A stretch of DNA of 64,000 bases from Eubacteriales bacterium (GTDB taxonomy: Bacteria; Bacillota; Clostridia; Oscillospirales; SIG627): the NCBI GenBank assembly GCA_045631145.1, contig JAZQUE010000074.1:3065-67064 (forward strand). Direction: 5' to 3'. The translations under genes were made by a program, and so were the position numbers. How positions within the stretch are numbered: position 1 is the first letter of the stretch; each line of letters begins with the position of its first letter. The notes beneath the pieces are model-generated. The model did no database searches and was not told the origin of the DNA. It saw only the letters and a program-made list of their open reading frames with translations. Below are positions 26,483 to 36,385 of the stretch, piece after piece.

Positions 26483-29400
26483 TTACTGTATTTTAATTCC
26501 TTTGATTACAATATCTTCCACTGTCGATTTCACGTCACGGATATTCTCCTCGACCTTTTCCATACGGGCGGATATACGTTCCGTGTGCATTTCGATATTG
26601 AGGACACTTTCAAGGATTCCCGCCGCTGTTGCTACCAACTGCTTTGTGTTCTCGCTGATTGAGTAGGTGTGTCCCTGTATCGCTGTTGCTCGACCGTTCA
26701 ATTCATCCACGCTTTCCTGCGAGGCTGTGGCTATTCCCTCCTGTGAGGCTTCACGTGAAGCGGCTGTCGTTGTGAACATATTCTTCACGCTGTCAGGTAG
26801 GCTCTCCCAAATCACAGCGAAATCCTCGCCGACAGAGTTCAGGTCGGCTGCAAAACCTGACATCGAATTGATAACAGCGTCAAGCCCCACAAACTGCCCG
26901 TCCTTGAACCATTTTTCCTTGTACTTGTTGAAGATTTCTCCGAGAGGTTCTTCAAGGAATTTGCTCACGAGCATACGCTGCATAACGTCCGCTACGATAT
27001 CCTTTACCTTGTCGCCCCAAGCCTCGGCGTAGTCCTCGCCATTCTTGAAAGCCTCGAAGAAAGCGTCCCCGAGTTCCTTTGCGATGTCCTCCGATGAACC
27101 GCCGATAATATCCTCTACCATTTCGTTGATAATGGTAACAGCCTGTTCTCCGAGTTCCTGTATCTGCTGTTCCCATTCTTCAATCTTCCCGTGGTCGGTT
27201 TTCTTTTTGTCCTCCTCGTTCCTGATCTGTTCCTGAATGAGGAGCTGCTGTTTGGCGATGTTCTCCAACTGTGATTTAGCGTCACTGTATTTCGCACCAC
27301 CGATAGCCTTGTCTTCTGTGTAGGCGATGTTGGCGTAAGCCTTTGCCACCTTTTCGGCTGACTGTTGGAGCAGTTGGTTATTGTTCGACAGTGTACTGAA
27401 CAGTGTTCCCCATACGCCTGATATGTTGTTCATTCTGTAATGAAGCGTAACCAATTCCTGACGAGCCTCGGCGGTTGCCTTGCGGAGCATATCCATAGCC
27501 TTGAAACTGTTGTTCTGCAAGCGGACAGCGTCGGCATTGTCGAGTTCCCATTGAAGTTGGTCGATACGGTCTTGCAGGGCTTCGATTTCTTCCTGTTTCT
27601 TGTCGTCGTTGTTGAACAGGTTGATAATCTGCATGGCAATCTGCATAGCCGCCGAAATGACCGCCAAAATCACAGAGGCTTTCTCAACAGTTGAAATGGC
27701 TGTCTCCGCAGCTGTGGCAGTTCCCTGCATACCTGTTGCGGACATATTCACGAGCTGCACAATGCCGTTTATCATTGACAGGGTAGAAGCCATAATGTTG
27801 CCTGTGGTGGAAATGATTTCACCCGCAACACCTCCGACAGCGTCCCCGATTTCATCAAACGACTTGCAGCAGTCGTCCAATGATTCCCGTAGGTCGTTCC
27901 ACTGTTCGATACTCCGTTTGTTGGGGGCAACGTCGTTCTGTGCGTTCGCCTTTTCGACCTTGCTCTTTGCGGTGGCTACTTTTGCTCGGGCAACGGCTAT
28001 CTGCTTTCCGTCGGCTGTCCCTGATTCTTCGAGCTTCTTCAATTCCTTTTCAGCCTGTTCGAGAACTCCTTGAAGCTGTTGCAACGATAGGTTGGCAATT
28101 GCTTCGCACCACGCCTGATAACTTGCCTCACGCTGTGCGAACTGTTCGTCAATGGCTGTCAGGGCGTTTTGCTCCTGTGTGTTCAGCTCGTCGATATTAC
28201 CCTGTGTTACGCCCTCACGAAGTCCCTTGCTTTTGTCTCCGTCCACATACAGAGCCTTGCGTTTACGCTCGTAATCTTCTGTGATTTCCGTACGTTTTTG
28301 CTCGTAGGTCATAAACTCCGACAGGGCTTTATCGAGGCTGTCTTTATTGGCTTTCGCTCGTATATCGCTTGCAATTCGCTCGTATTCTCTGATGATTTGA
28401 AGCTGCTCTGACGAGAGGTCGGCTGCGGTAACAGAGGAACGGTCAAACGACAGTCCCTGCTCCTTTGCTTTCGGGTTGGCGTTCTCCCATTCAAGCTGCT
28501 TTTTATCCCGTAGGGCTTCAACCATTTCTTCCTGACGACGGAGGTTTGCTTCGGTCAGGCGTTTATAGTTGAGTTCGTTCTGTGCGAGTTCCTTTTCCAA
28601 GCCCTCCTGCATACCGTCAATACGGGCTTGCTCGATGTCGAGTTCAGCCTGTCGTGCCTCACGGGCGACATCTTCCCCGTATTGCCTGATTTTCTCGTTT
28701 CTCTCGGCTGTTTGAACGGCAATGGTGTTCTCCTCTTTCTGCTCACGATTGGCGGCTGTCGTGCCCTTTGTAACGCTGTAAGCGTCAATCTGCTTTTGAG
28801 CCTCGGCAATGTTAGCACGGATTTTCTTCGCTTCCTTGGTCTGCAACTGTGCAGCTGTCATAGCGTCCAACAATCCCTGCTGCTCTTTCTTGTAGTCCTC
28901 CCAATACTTTTTGTTCTTCACAACTTCGGTAGGCTTGCCGCCGTCCTCTGTTCCGCTTCCCGCTTGTGGGTTGCCTCCATACAGGCGGTTAGCTTCTGCC
29001 ATAGTATTGTCAAAAATACCCCTTGCACGTTGGGCGGCTGTGATTTGGTTTTGCATAGGGTTGTACTGATATGAGCCGCCGCCTCCAAACATACCGCCTC
29101 CATAATAGCCTGTACGCTCGAATTGGTTGATTATCCCCTGTACCTCGGCAGTCATTTCCTGTTTGCCCTCCAAGACGGGAACAATCTTCCAATAATAAGT
29201 TTCGGCAAGGCTAATTCCGTCTGCGCCTGTCTGTCCTTTGAACTTATCGTTCAACAGTTCCATTATCTCCTCTTTTGCGTCGGCTTCTTTCTCGGCGTAG
29301 GTATCGGCTGCGTCCTTTGTAGCAGCTTCCAACGCTCGGGCTTTGGCGGCTTCCCTGGCAGCAGCAGTAACAGCCTTATACGCTCCCTCAACGTCCTGTA

Positions 29401-30703
29401 ACGACTGAACCTCCTTGCTCAACCCTTTCAGATAATCGCCGTACTGATTGAGGATAGCCTGTTTGGCTGACTTGTACTCGTCCGTGCCCTCCTTGGCTGC
29501 TTTCAAGCGGGCAAAGAGGCTGTCAATCTGAACACGTTCTGACGCTACCTCCTTGTTGAACTTTTCTGTCGTTTCGTTGAGTTTCGCTTGTGCCTTTTCA
29601 GCGTCAGTCTGATAGGTCACGAGCTTGTATATTCCATAAGCCAATGCAGCGACAGCAGCAGCGGCAAGTACATACGGGTTTTTAAGGATTGTCGCATTGA
29701 GAAGCTTCTGTGCTTTCTCAACGAGCAACAGGGCATTGTAATGTAACAGCTCGGAAGCCGTCCAACCTGCGTTTACAGAGGTTGCAACCGATTTTGTGGC
29801 TGTCAGTGTAATGAGGGCGGCTTTGTACACGCCATAAGTAACAACGAGTTCGCCGATAATCTCACCGACCTTTTCGTAGCTGTTCACGAGTTCCGTTGCC
29901 GCCTGTATTGAGCCTGTAATGACACCCTCCGAGTTCTCGCCAATCTTGTTGAACATATCTTCGATAGCTCCCTCCAAGTTTGAGATAGACCCCTTTATGC
30001 CCTTGCTCTGCGCTTCGAGCATACCGTTGAACTTTCCGCCCTCCGAGGTTGCGTCCATAAATGCTTTGGTAATCATTTCGGCAGAGATTGAACCCGCAGC
30101 CATTTCCTCTTTGAGCGTACCGATAGACTTGCCCGTTTGTTCGCTGATAACCGACAGTGGGTTGAAACCTGCGTTAATCATCTGCAGCAAGTCCTGTCCC
30201 ATAAGTTTGCCCGTCGATTGCATCTGTGAGAAAGCAAGCACAAGAGAATTGAATTTCTGTGCGTCACCCATTGCAATATCTCCGATAGCTCGGAGTATAG
30301 GCATAACGTTCTGTGCCTCGACATTGAACGAGAGGAGTGTTTGAGCACCTTTGGCGAGGTCACCCATAGCCATAGGAGTTGTTACGGCAAAATCCTTGAT
30401 GTCGCCGAACAGCTTCCTGCCCTGTGTCTTACCTGCAAGGATTTCAAACGACTTTTCGAGGCTTTCAATCTCGCCCCTGACATTGACCACCTGTTTGGCA
30501 AATGCCGCCGCCTGTTGTATAGTGAACACACCCGCAATAGTTTTCCCGACACGGCTAAACGCTGCGTCGATGTTGTTGCCCTCCTGTACCGCCGTTTTGC
30601 CGATACTCTGCAAAATGTTTCTTGATTGGGCTGCGTCCGCTTGCAGGGTTGAATTGTCAATACCTGTGGCGAAATGTAGTCTTCCGTTATCTGCTTTGCT
30701 CAT
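26483..30703 (-). CDS. tail tape measure protein
   Basis: 1406 aa. Highly helical and Ala/Glu/Lys/Gln-rich with a hydrophobic glycine-rich central segment. Follows the chaperone pair. Confidence 0.85.
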   Translation of the reverse strand: MSKADNGRLHFATGIDNSTLQADAAQSRNILQSIGKTAVQEGNNIDAAFSRVGKTIAGVFTIQQAAAFAKQVVNVRGEIESLEKSFEILAGKTQGRKLFGDIKDFAVTTPMAMGDLAKGAQTLLSFNVEAQNVMPILRAIGDIAMGDAQKFNSLVLAFSQMQSTGKLMGQDLLQMINAGFNPLSVISEQTGKSIGTLKEEMAAGSISAEMITKAFMDATSEGGKFNGMLEAQSKGIKGSISNLEGAIEDMFNKIGENSEGVITGSIQAATELVNSYEKVGEIIGELVVTYGVYKAALITLTATKSVATSVNAGWTASELLHYNALLLVEKAQKLLNATILKNPYVLAAAAVAALAYGIYKLVTYQTDAEKAQAKLNETTEKFNKEVASERVQIDSLFARLKAAKEGTDEYKSAKQAILNQYGDYLKGLSKEVQSLQDVEGAYKAVTAAAREAAKARALEAATKDAADTYAEKEADAKEEIMELLNDKFKGQTGADGISLAETYYWKIVPVLEGKQEMTAEVQGIINQFERTGYYGGGMFGGGGSYQYNPMQNQITAAQRARGIFDNTMAEANRLYGGNPQAGSGTEDGGKPTEVVKNKKYWEDYKKEQQGLLDAMTAAQLQTKEAKKIRANIAEAQKQIDAYSVTKGTTAANREQKEENTIAVQTAERNEKIRQYGEDVAREARQAELDIEQARIDGMQEGLEKELAQNELNYKRLTEANLRRQEEMVEALRDKKQLEWENANPKAKEQGLSFDRSSVTAADLSSEQLQIIREYERIASDIRAKANKDSLDKALSEFMTYEQKRTEITEDYERKRKALYVDGDKSKGLREGVTQGNIDELNTQEQNALTAIDEQFAQREASYQAWCEAIANLSLQQLQGVLEQAEKELKKLEESGTADGKQIAVARAKVATAKSKVEKANAQNDVAPNKRSIEQWNDLRESLDDCCKSFDEIGDAVGGVAGEIISTTGNIMASTLSMINGIVQLVNMSATGMQGTATAAETAISTVEKASVILAVISAAMQIAMQIINLFNNDDKKQEEIEALQDRIDQLQWELDNADAVRLQNNSFKAMDMLRKATAEARQELVTLHYRMNNISGVWGTLFSTLSNNNQLLQQSAEKVAKAYANIAYTEDKAIGGAKYSDAKSQLENIAKQQLLIQEQIRNEEDKKKTDHGKIEEWEQQIQELGEQAVTIINEMVEDIIGGSSEDIAKELGDAFFEAFKNGEDYAEAWGDKVKDIVADVMQRMLVSKFLEEPLGEIFNKYKEKWFKDGQFVGLDAVINSMSGFAADLNSVGEDFAVIWESLPDSVKNMFTTTAASREASQEGIATASQESVDELNGRATAIQGHTYSISENTKQLVATAAGILESVLNIEMHTERISARMEKVEENIRDVKSTVEDIVIKGIKIQ

Positions 30704-30715
30704 TGATAGTCATTG

Positions 30716-30871
30716 TTATTCGATTGAATCTAAAAATTTCCTTACTCGCTCCCTGTTGGCAGGGTCGTCGGCTCGTACAATTTCCTCGTCCTTTTTCCCC
30801 TCCGCCGAATCTTTCGGCTTCTTGTAACTCGGGAGAACAGCCCCGTACATAATCAGATTGACGTAACTCAT
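30716..30871 (-). CDS. tail assembly chaperone extension (gpT-like), possibly expressed by -1 frameshift from the upstream gene
   Basis: The -1 frame relative to 30925-31458 is open from the chaperone 3' end (GCA TTT GGG CAG TAA) through to the stop at 30716. The internal ATG at 30871 would give only 51 aa. Confidence 0.35.
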   Translation of the reverse strand: MSYVNLIMYGAVLPSYKKPKDSAEGKKDEEIVRADDPANRERVRKFLDSIE

Positions 30872-30924
30872 TTCGTACAGGACGTAATCAATGGGGAGGT
30901 TGTAAGCCTTGACAGTACCTGCGA

Positions 30925-31458
30925 TTACTGCCCAAATGCTGTCGTTTCTTCCACTTTCGTCTGTCGCAGCAGGTTTATCTCTATCAGGAAAGTGGTAAGA
31001 CCGAAAAAATCAGCCAACTGCATACGTTGTAGGAGTTGTCCCGCTAACGTGTGGAGCTGTCGGGGTGTCAGGTCTTCGAGAAGCTGACGGGCGAGTTCCG
31101 CTTTACGGTCGATAACTGTTTCCACTTCGACGGTCTTATTAAAACGCAAAAGCCCCCAAAACAGGCGTTTTTCTTTCGTCTGCGGGGCTTTCACTGTTTC
31201 CGTGAGGTGTTTTGCACCAAGCAAAAAAATCGCAACGATTTCGCCCAATTTTTGGCATTCTTTCGCTGCGTATAAACTTTCCTCTGCAAGTCTTTTCTCA
31301 TCGAGCTTCAACTGCGGGAGTTGGGAAATAGCCTCCGAAGCGAGTATCAACGTCGCCGTGCTTGGCGGATAAAACTTGTATATCTTGTCGCCGACCTTGA
31401 TGTCTTCGGGCTGCTGTAAGACAGCCTGTGCGACCTTTTTTTCTACTGTTGCTTCCAT
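30925..31458 (-). CDS. tail assembly chaperone (gpG-like)
   Basis: Start chosen at MEATVEKKV, because the longer track ORF would run through the tRNA. Lies between the major tail and tape measure genes. Confidence 0.55.
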   Translation of the reverse strand: MEATVEKKVAQAVLQQPEDIKVGDKIYKFYPPSTATLILASEAISQLPQLKLDEKRLAEESLYAAKECQKLGEIVAIFLLGAKHLTETVKAPQTKEKRLFWGLLRFNKTVEVETVIDRKAELARQLLEDLTPRQLHTLAGQLLQRMQLADFFGLTTFLIEINLLRQTKVEETTAFGQ

Positions 31459-31480
31459 ACTGTCATATTTCTGTAATGAG

Positions 31481-31552
31481 TTGCGGGGGAGGGAATCGAA
31501 CCCTCGACCTTTGGGATATGAGCCCAATGAGCTACCGCTGCTCTACCCCGCT
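31481..31552 (-). tRNA. tRNA-Met (anticodon CAU), initiator-like
   Basis: Minus-strand read AGCGGGGTAGAGCAGCGGTAGCTCATTGGGCTCATATCCCAAAGGTCGAGGGTTCGATTCCCTCCCCCGCAA folds as a cloverleaf. U8 is present. D stem GAGC/GCTC with A11:U24. Anticodon stem ends in GGG/CCC. Anticodon loop CUCAUAU. T loop TTCGATT. 1:72 mismatch (A:A). No encoded CCA. Confidence 0.85.
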
Positions 31553-31647
31553 GTATGTCGGTTTTCTCCTGCCAACCGAAAAGGGTGTCTTTCCACTCGT
31601 CAAACGGTATTGACCGACCGTCAACGGCAGCAACAAAATGGTGTCGG

Positions 31648-32103
31648 TTACGAACCCTGACCCTCTGTATAAGGTTTCACGGTCTTACCTGTCTTCGGCT
31701 TCAAGCACTTCGCAACATAGTGCAACATCTTACCTTCTGCGGTAGAGTATCGCTCCTCGCAACGAACAACGCTGCGGTCAATCTGAATACCCTCGCAATC
31801 GGTGTCCTCGAGAGGTGTTACACGGAAAGCGTGTTCGCCTGAAATCAGACCGTCATTATCTTCAAACGGACGTTCTTTGCCTTTCTTTACGAAAAGGTCA
31901 AACTCGAACGTATAGGTGGTTTTACCGTAACGAGCGTCCACAACTTCGCCACCCTCCTCAGTCGCAAGCGTTTCCGCACCTGCGGTTGGGGTTAGTTTGG
32001 TGGTGTCCTGCTTCGGGGTGTCAATCTCCTTCCAAGATTCGGTGGGTGCCCCGTCAGTTGATACTGCGTGCTTAATGGCGCACTTGCCCCAAGATAAAAT
32101 CAT
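31648..32103 (-). CDS. major tail protein (positional call)
   Basis: 151-aa beta-rich ORF immediately upstream of the chaperone/tape measure block. Confidence 0.45.
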   Translation of the reverse strand: MILSWGKCAIKHAVSTDGAPTESWKEIDTPKQDTTKLTPTAGAETLATEEGGEVVDARYGKTTYTFEFDLFVKKGKERPFEDNDGLISGEHAFRVTPLEDTDCEGIQIDRSVVRCEERYSTAEGKMLHYVAKCLKPKTGKTVKPYTEGQGS

Positions 32104-32136
32104 AACTTTCTAAATTTTTATGTTATTACTTGATTA

Positions 32137-32550
32137 CTACTCATATAATCTGTATCGAAGCTTCACGACGACGAAATGCTGATTGATTTCTGGCTCGGCT
32201 TCGGTATAGATCGTCTGTTGCAACTCAAACAGGTAATTAGTTCCGCTTCCTGACAGGCTATCCACCCAACGCTGTGCAAGAGCTTCGAGAGCTTCGGCAC
32301 GTTCTCCGTCCTCGACTTGAACCCCGTCACTGTAAGGGTCGATGTCAGGGAGGTAGATATTGACTGTTACCACGCCCGTTTGTATCTCGTCAGGAAGTCC
32401 CGTCGTGAATATCACTATGATGTCTTCCTTTCGGCTGTCACGGGGGCGATAACCCTTGCGGTAAATCTCGCCTGTAACCTCCGCAGCGAGTTCACTGTTT
32501 TGGAGCAGGTCGATGATATCCGTCTGTACCTGTTTTGATGTCTTCTTCAT
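32137..32550 (-). CDS. head-tail joining / tail completion protein
   Basis: Small ORF in the connector block. Positional call. Confidence 0.4.
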   Translation of the reverse strand: MKKTSKQVQTDIIDLLQNSELAAEVTGEIYRKGYRPRDSRKEDIIVIFTTGLPDEIQTGVVTVNIYLPDIDPYSDGVQVEDGERAEALEALAQRWVDSLSGSGTNYLFELQQTIYTEAEPEINQHFVVVKLRYRLYE

Positions 32551-32552
32551 AA

Positions 32553-32993
32553 TTACTTCAATCCGAGTTGTTTCAACATTTGAGGAACTAACCTGTCAGC
32601 GAGGAGTTCCGCACTATCCTGAACGTCATAACCCTTTGCAGAAACATAGGCTGCGTAGTTCATACCCGCAACTACTATGAGGACTATTCCTGTCGGGTAT
32701 TCTCGGGCGAGCTGCTTTGCATATTCAGCACCCGCCTTTGAACCCTCGTGACCCTGTTTCACTGTTTCAAAACTCGAGATTTGCACGACCTGTCCGTCCT
32801 CCACGATTATGTAACCAAGACTACTTCGGAGGTTTCCCGTTTGGTCTTTGTATGAATCAGTCGAACGGGCGGTATTAAGAACCTGTTCCCCGACGTAGGC
32901 AAAGTTTCTGATGATGAGTTTTCGCCATATCTCCAACTTGCTTTCGATGTAGCCGTTGATTTCGGCTTCTGTGGTAACCTGTCTTATTCCCAT
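32553..32993 (-). CDS. head-tail joining protein (gp10-like position)
   Basis: Small ORF in the connector block. Positional call. Confidence 0.4.
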   Translation of the reverse strand: MGIRQVTTEAEINGYIESKLEIWRKLIIRNFAYVGEQVLNTARSTDSYKDQTGNLRSSLGYIIVEDGQVVQISSFETVKQGHEGSKAGAEYAKQLAREYPTGIVLIVVAGMNYAAYVSAKGYDVQDSAELLADRLVPQMLKQLGLK

Positions 32994-33097
32994 ATCGTTA
33001 TTTTTCTCGAATCTCCCGTATTTTGCGTTTTCTTTTCGCTCTCGTATGTTTTTATGAGTTTGAAAAGAAAACCCGCCATTCGGGCTGAAAACGTTTA

Positions 33098-33415
33098 TCA
33101 GATAAGCAGCCTGATTTCACAGACCGCCTCCAAAGGTTCTACCGACATAATCGAGAACTCTCCGAGCTCTTTTCCTGTACGGTCTTTCAGCCTGATTTGC
33201 TCTGCGTTGAACTCCTGTTCCTCAATCAGTACCGTGTACTGTGCGACAGTGAAATGTTCGCCGTTCACGACCCCGAGCTTGTTATGCTTGTTGGGGATAT
33301 ACTGACAGGGGATAGGCTCTCCCCACGTAGCTTCGGCTTTCTGCGGGTAGCCCTTTTGGTTCAGCCCGCCGCCCGTCTTGCTCTTGACCTCGATTGTTCC
33401 GTTAGCGATTATCAT
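33098..33415 (-). CDS. head-tail adaptor/closure protein
   Basis: Overlaps the upstream ORF by 4 nt. Positional call. Confidence 0.4.
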   Translation of the reverse strand: MIIANGTIEVKSKTGGGLNQKGYPQKAEATWGEPIPCQYIPNKHNKLGVVNGEHFTVAQYTVLIEEQEFNAEQIRLKDRTGKELGEFSIMSVEPLEAVCEIRLLI

Positions 33416-33750
33416 AGTCTGTTACCCTTGTATCCGTAAATAGGTTTATTCTGTCCCGCTTCCTGTGCCGACAAATACTGCTGTTGCAGCTGTTTGGCTC
33501 GGTTGCGAAGCTGTACACGCTGTTCGTCCGTGAAAGAGAACGACTGCCCGCCCTGTGAAATGTCAGGAGCGAACGAGAGCCACAGAAGCAGGTCTGCGAG
33601 GGCGAGGTTGTATTTCGCCCCACGCAAGACCTCCTGTGTAGCTTCTTCGGTTTGCAGCAGCCCCCGACGCTCGATAGTCTCCAAGAGAGTACGGAGCGGA
33701 ATCGGGTATGCGTTTACCGCTTTCAGGCTTTCAAGAACTGTCGCTGCCAT
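33412..33750 (-). CDS. head-tail connector protein
   Basis: Directly downstream of the capsid gene. Positional call. Confidence 0.4.
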   Translation of the reverse strand: MAATVLESLKAVNAYPIPLRTLLETIERRGLLQTEEATQEVLRGAKYNLALADLLLWLSFAPDISQGGQSFSFTDEQRVQLRNRAKQLQQQYLSAQEAGQNKPIYGYKGNRL

Positions 33751-33763
33751 AATCCGTCAGTTT

Positions 33764-34855
33764 TTACTCCCACGCCTTAGCGTCGGTCTTGACATACAGG
33801 TTGCGGTAAGCTGTGTCGAACACAGGAACTGCGTCTGCCTGTCCGATTGTAACTTCGCTCTGCGGCTCGGCTGTACCGTACTTCTTGATAACGGTATGAG
33901 CACGCTCGGCACGGATAATGGTGTCGTTGTTCTCCTGCAGGATGTCGTACTGTGTAGTACCCAAACGCTCTGTCTCGGAGAGGATCAGGCGGCTGTTCTC
34001 GAACGGGTTGCCCGAAGTCGATGTACCGTCTGTGAACTCACGAGTGATAGTTTGGTCGATAACACGCAACTGAATACCGTTGAGCCAAGCCTGTTTTGCA
34101 AGCATAGCATTTACGGCTGTCAGGTCAGGTGTCTGTGCCATACCAACAGCGTTAGCGAGGTAAGAAGCACACGCCTTGATAACCTGTTCAGAAGAACAAA
34201 TCTTGTAGAGCTCGTCGAGGTTCACGAAAGCGAATTTCGGATTGAGCTTGTGGTCTTTGGCATACTTCACGAGTTTTGCCAAGTCACCGATTACGTCGGC
34301 TGAACTTGCGTTAGCCCAATCGGTTTTGGTTGCCTGTTTCAACTCGTCGTACACGTCGTAGTCCAAGTCGAACTCGTTTGCGTAAGTTGCGTTGTTGGTA
34401 GTTGTGAAAGACAACTTACCCGCATTTGAAGCGAGCTTCCAAGCGATGTACTCCAACTCGGACTGAACACCGTTGAAGCAGAAGTCCACGTCTTCGCCCC
34501 AATACTGTACGAGCTTCGTTGCGTCGTCGTCCTGTGCGAAAGCGAGGGCAGTCTGATAATCCTTGATTTCAGAACGGGTAAGCTCACGGCTTATGCTGAT
34601 GAAAGGAATATCACCCTTTGCGCTCTCGAAGATAGGGCGACGCTTACGGATAATCGTACCGTTGTCGGTGTGCAGGTCGGCGGCTACGTTAGCCTTTCCG
34701 AGTTGGTTCTGCAATGTTCGCCAAATGAAGCCATTTACCTTTTTGACAGGGAAATGCTTGCCGAAAAGGAACGGGTTTGCGTCAGCGGTGTTCAGACGTG
34801 CCTGCACCATTTGCTGATTCAATCCCTGAATTAGCGTATTTACAATAGTTGCCAT
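33764..34855 (-). CDS. major capsid protein
   Basis: 363 aa, preceded by scaffold-like and decoration-like genes. The N-terminus MATIVNTLIQGLNQQMVQARLNTADANPF and the size fit lambda gpE-type / HK97-fold capsid proteins. Confidence 0.7.
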   Translation of the reverse strand: MATIVNTLIQGLNQQMVQARLNTADANPFLFGKHFPVKKVNGFIWRTLQNQLGKANVAADLHTDNGTIIRKRRPIFESAKGDIPFISISRELTRSEIKDYQTALAFAQDDDATKLVQYWGEDVDFCFNGVQSELEYIAWKLASNAGKLSFTTTNNATYANEFDLDYDVYDELKQATKTDWANASSADVIGDLAKLVKYAKDHKLNPKFAFVNLDELYKICSSEQVIKACASYLANAVGMAQTPDLTAVNAMLAKQAWLNGIQLRVIDQTITREFTDGTSTSGNPFENSRLILSETERLGTTQYDILQENNDTIIRAERAHTVIKKYGTAEPQSEVTIGQADAVPVFDTAYRNLYVKTDAKAWE

Positions 34856-34866
34856 AATTCGTCAGA

Positions 34867-35436
34867 TTAGTAGTTGATGATACCTGTTAGATACTTAGCC
34901 ACACATTCAGGCAGAGGATTGCCCTTGGTAACGCCGATAACCCAAGCGTCGGTGTCGATGTTCTGTCCCTTTGCGACAGGCTTACCTGTGCCGACGATTG
35001 ATAGCGGAGTGTACTTCAATGCAGAAGTGCTTGCGGTTGATTCCGCAGCCGCCTCGACAATGAAACCGCCTGACTTGATTACACCGAGAGCTGTGCCGAT
35101 TGTGATTTCGTCGTAGGACTTGTTGGTGTCGTTGATTGCTGTAACGGCATAAGCCTTACCGCCAACGTTTACCATAACGAAGTCGCCTACCTTGAAGTTG
35201 TGTCCTTTCTTCACCTTGATAACCTTGTCGGTTTCGGCTACATCAGCCACAACGACGGCAACCTTTACGACGTGACAAATACCGTTAATCGGTGCGCTCA
35301 ATACTGAACCCTCGTTCAGAAAATCGCCGCCAAGCTCGGCAGAGTGTACAGAAACACCACCTCGAATGTCAGCGACTTTGTGCATAATGACACGAGGAAC
35401 GTTGCTGTCCTTGCGTCTTGATACTGTCATTCCCAT
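34867..35436 (-). CDS. head decoration / head fibre-like structural protein
   Basis: Sits between the scaffold-like and capsid genes. An alternative start at MHKVADIRGG (35385) is possible. Confidence 0.4.
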   Translation of the reverse strand: MGMTVSRRKDSNVPRVIMHKVADIRGGVSVHSAELGGDFLNEGSVLSAPINGICHVVKVAVVVADVAETDKVIKVKKGHNFKVGDFVMVNVGGKAYAVTAINDTNKSYDEITIGTALGVIKSGGFIVEAAAESTASTSALKYTPLSIVGTGKPVAKGQNIDTDAWVIGVTKGNPLPECVAKYLTGIINY

Positions 35437-35463
35437 TTTCTTTTGATGTTAGATTGTGAAACA

Positions 35464-36168
35464 TTAGAACGGCTGACCTCCCGAAGACGGAGTGTTCTCA
35501 CGGTGTGCGATAGCCTCCTCCTGTTCTTTGGTCAGTGCGCCCCCTTGATTTGAACCGCTTTGTGCGGCGGGTTTTCCGAATACAGCCCCTTTGGCAGCTG
35601 TCGCAGAACAAATGCCCTCAACCTCTGTCGATACCTCGCCAAGTAGTGTTGTGAACTCCTCGTCTGAAAGGTTCTCAATCGGTGTGCGTTCATAAGCCTT
35701 GCGGACGTTCTCATCGGTCAATTTCCCGATTACTGCATTAAGTTGCTGTCTGCGGGTTTCTGTGACACGACCCGTTTTGAGTGCGGCGATTTCATCTGTC
35801 AGCGGTTTTACTGCTGCCGAAACGGCTGCTGCAATCTGTGCTGCGATGTCACCCCCTGCTGCGGGCTGTGTTTCAGTCTGCACGGTTGTCGTAGTGGTCT
35901 GCTGTCCGCTGCCACCCCCGTCAATTTTCTGCCCGTCTTTCAAACCGTACTTCGTTTCGTATGTGTGTACGGCTGTCTGTTGGGCTTCGGTTGCTCGGCT
36001 GTCGCCGTAGCTCTCAATGACCTGCTGAATGGTTACCCCCTCAACAGCGGTTGCAACCTGTTCGGCTGTAACTACAGTTCTTGCCAACTTTGTGGCTACC
36101 CTGTCTAAAATCGCTTCGCTGACCCCCACAAACTTGGCTTTCAGCGCATCCAAAATTGTTTTTTTCAT
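35464..36168 (-). CDS. scaffolding protein (positional call)
   Basis: 234-aa helical, Ala/Thr/Gln-rich protein immediately upstream of the decoration and capsid genes. Confidence 0.5.
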   Translation of the reverse strand: MKKTILDALKAKFVGVSEAILDRVATKLARTVVTAEQVATAVEGVTIQQVIESYGDSRATEAQQTAVHTYETKYGLKDGQKIDGGGSGQQTTTTTVQTETQPAAGGDIAAQIAAAVSAAVKPLTDEIAALKTGRVTETRRQQLNAVIGKLTDENVRKAYERTPIENLSDEEFTTLLGEVSTEVEGICSATAAKGAVFGKPAAQSGSNQGGALTKEQEEAIAHRENTPSSGGQPF

Positions 36169-36201
36169 ATCGATAATCGTAAACTGTTTGGTTTAATGCC
36201 A

Positions 36202-36209
36202 CAAAAGTA
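36202..36209 (-). promoter_or_regulatory. -7 promoter box TACTTTTG (minus strand) upstream of the head operon
   Basis: Matches TAnnTTTG. Lies 34 nt upstream of the scaffold start. Confidence 0.4.
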
Positions 36210-36385
36210 ATGGAAATTTTTTAAGTGTTTACAATATAATCGGGTAAAATTTGGTTTATTGGAGTATATTTCTATAAAAGGAAGATTTACATCACCATTC
36301 CTGTGATTGCACCGAGAATCAAAGAAAATTAACCGTGCAGTTAAAAATACTCGGAGAAAAATTTGTTATTAGCAAAATAGTTCAC

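Noticed and set aside
31376-31660. Track ORFs (94 aa and 61 aa on +, and the N-terminal 23 codons of the 200-aa minus ORF) overlapping the tRNA
   Set aside because: The region folds into a complete tRNA cloverleaf. The chaperone gene has a good internal start (MEATVEKKV) just downstream of the tRNA.
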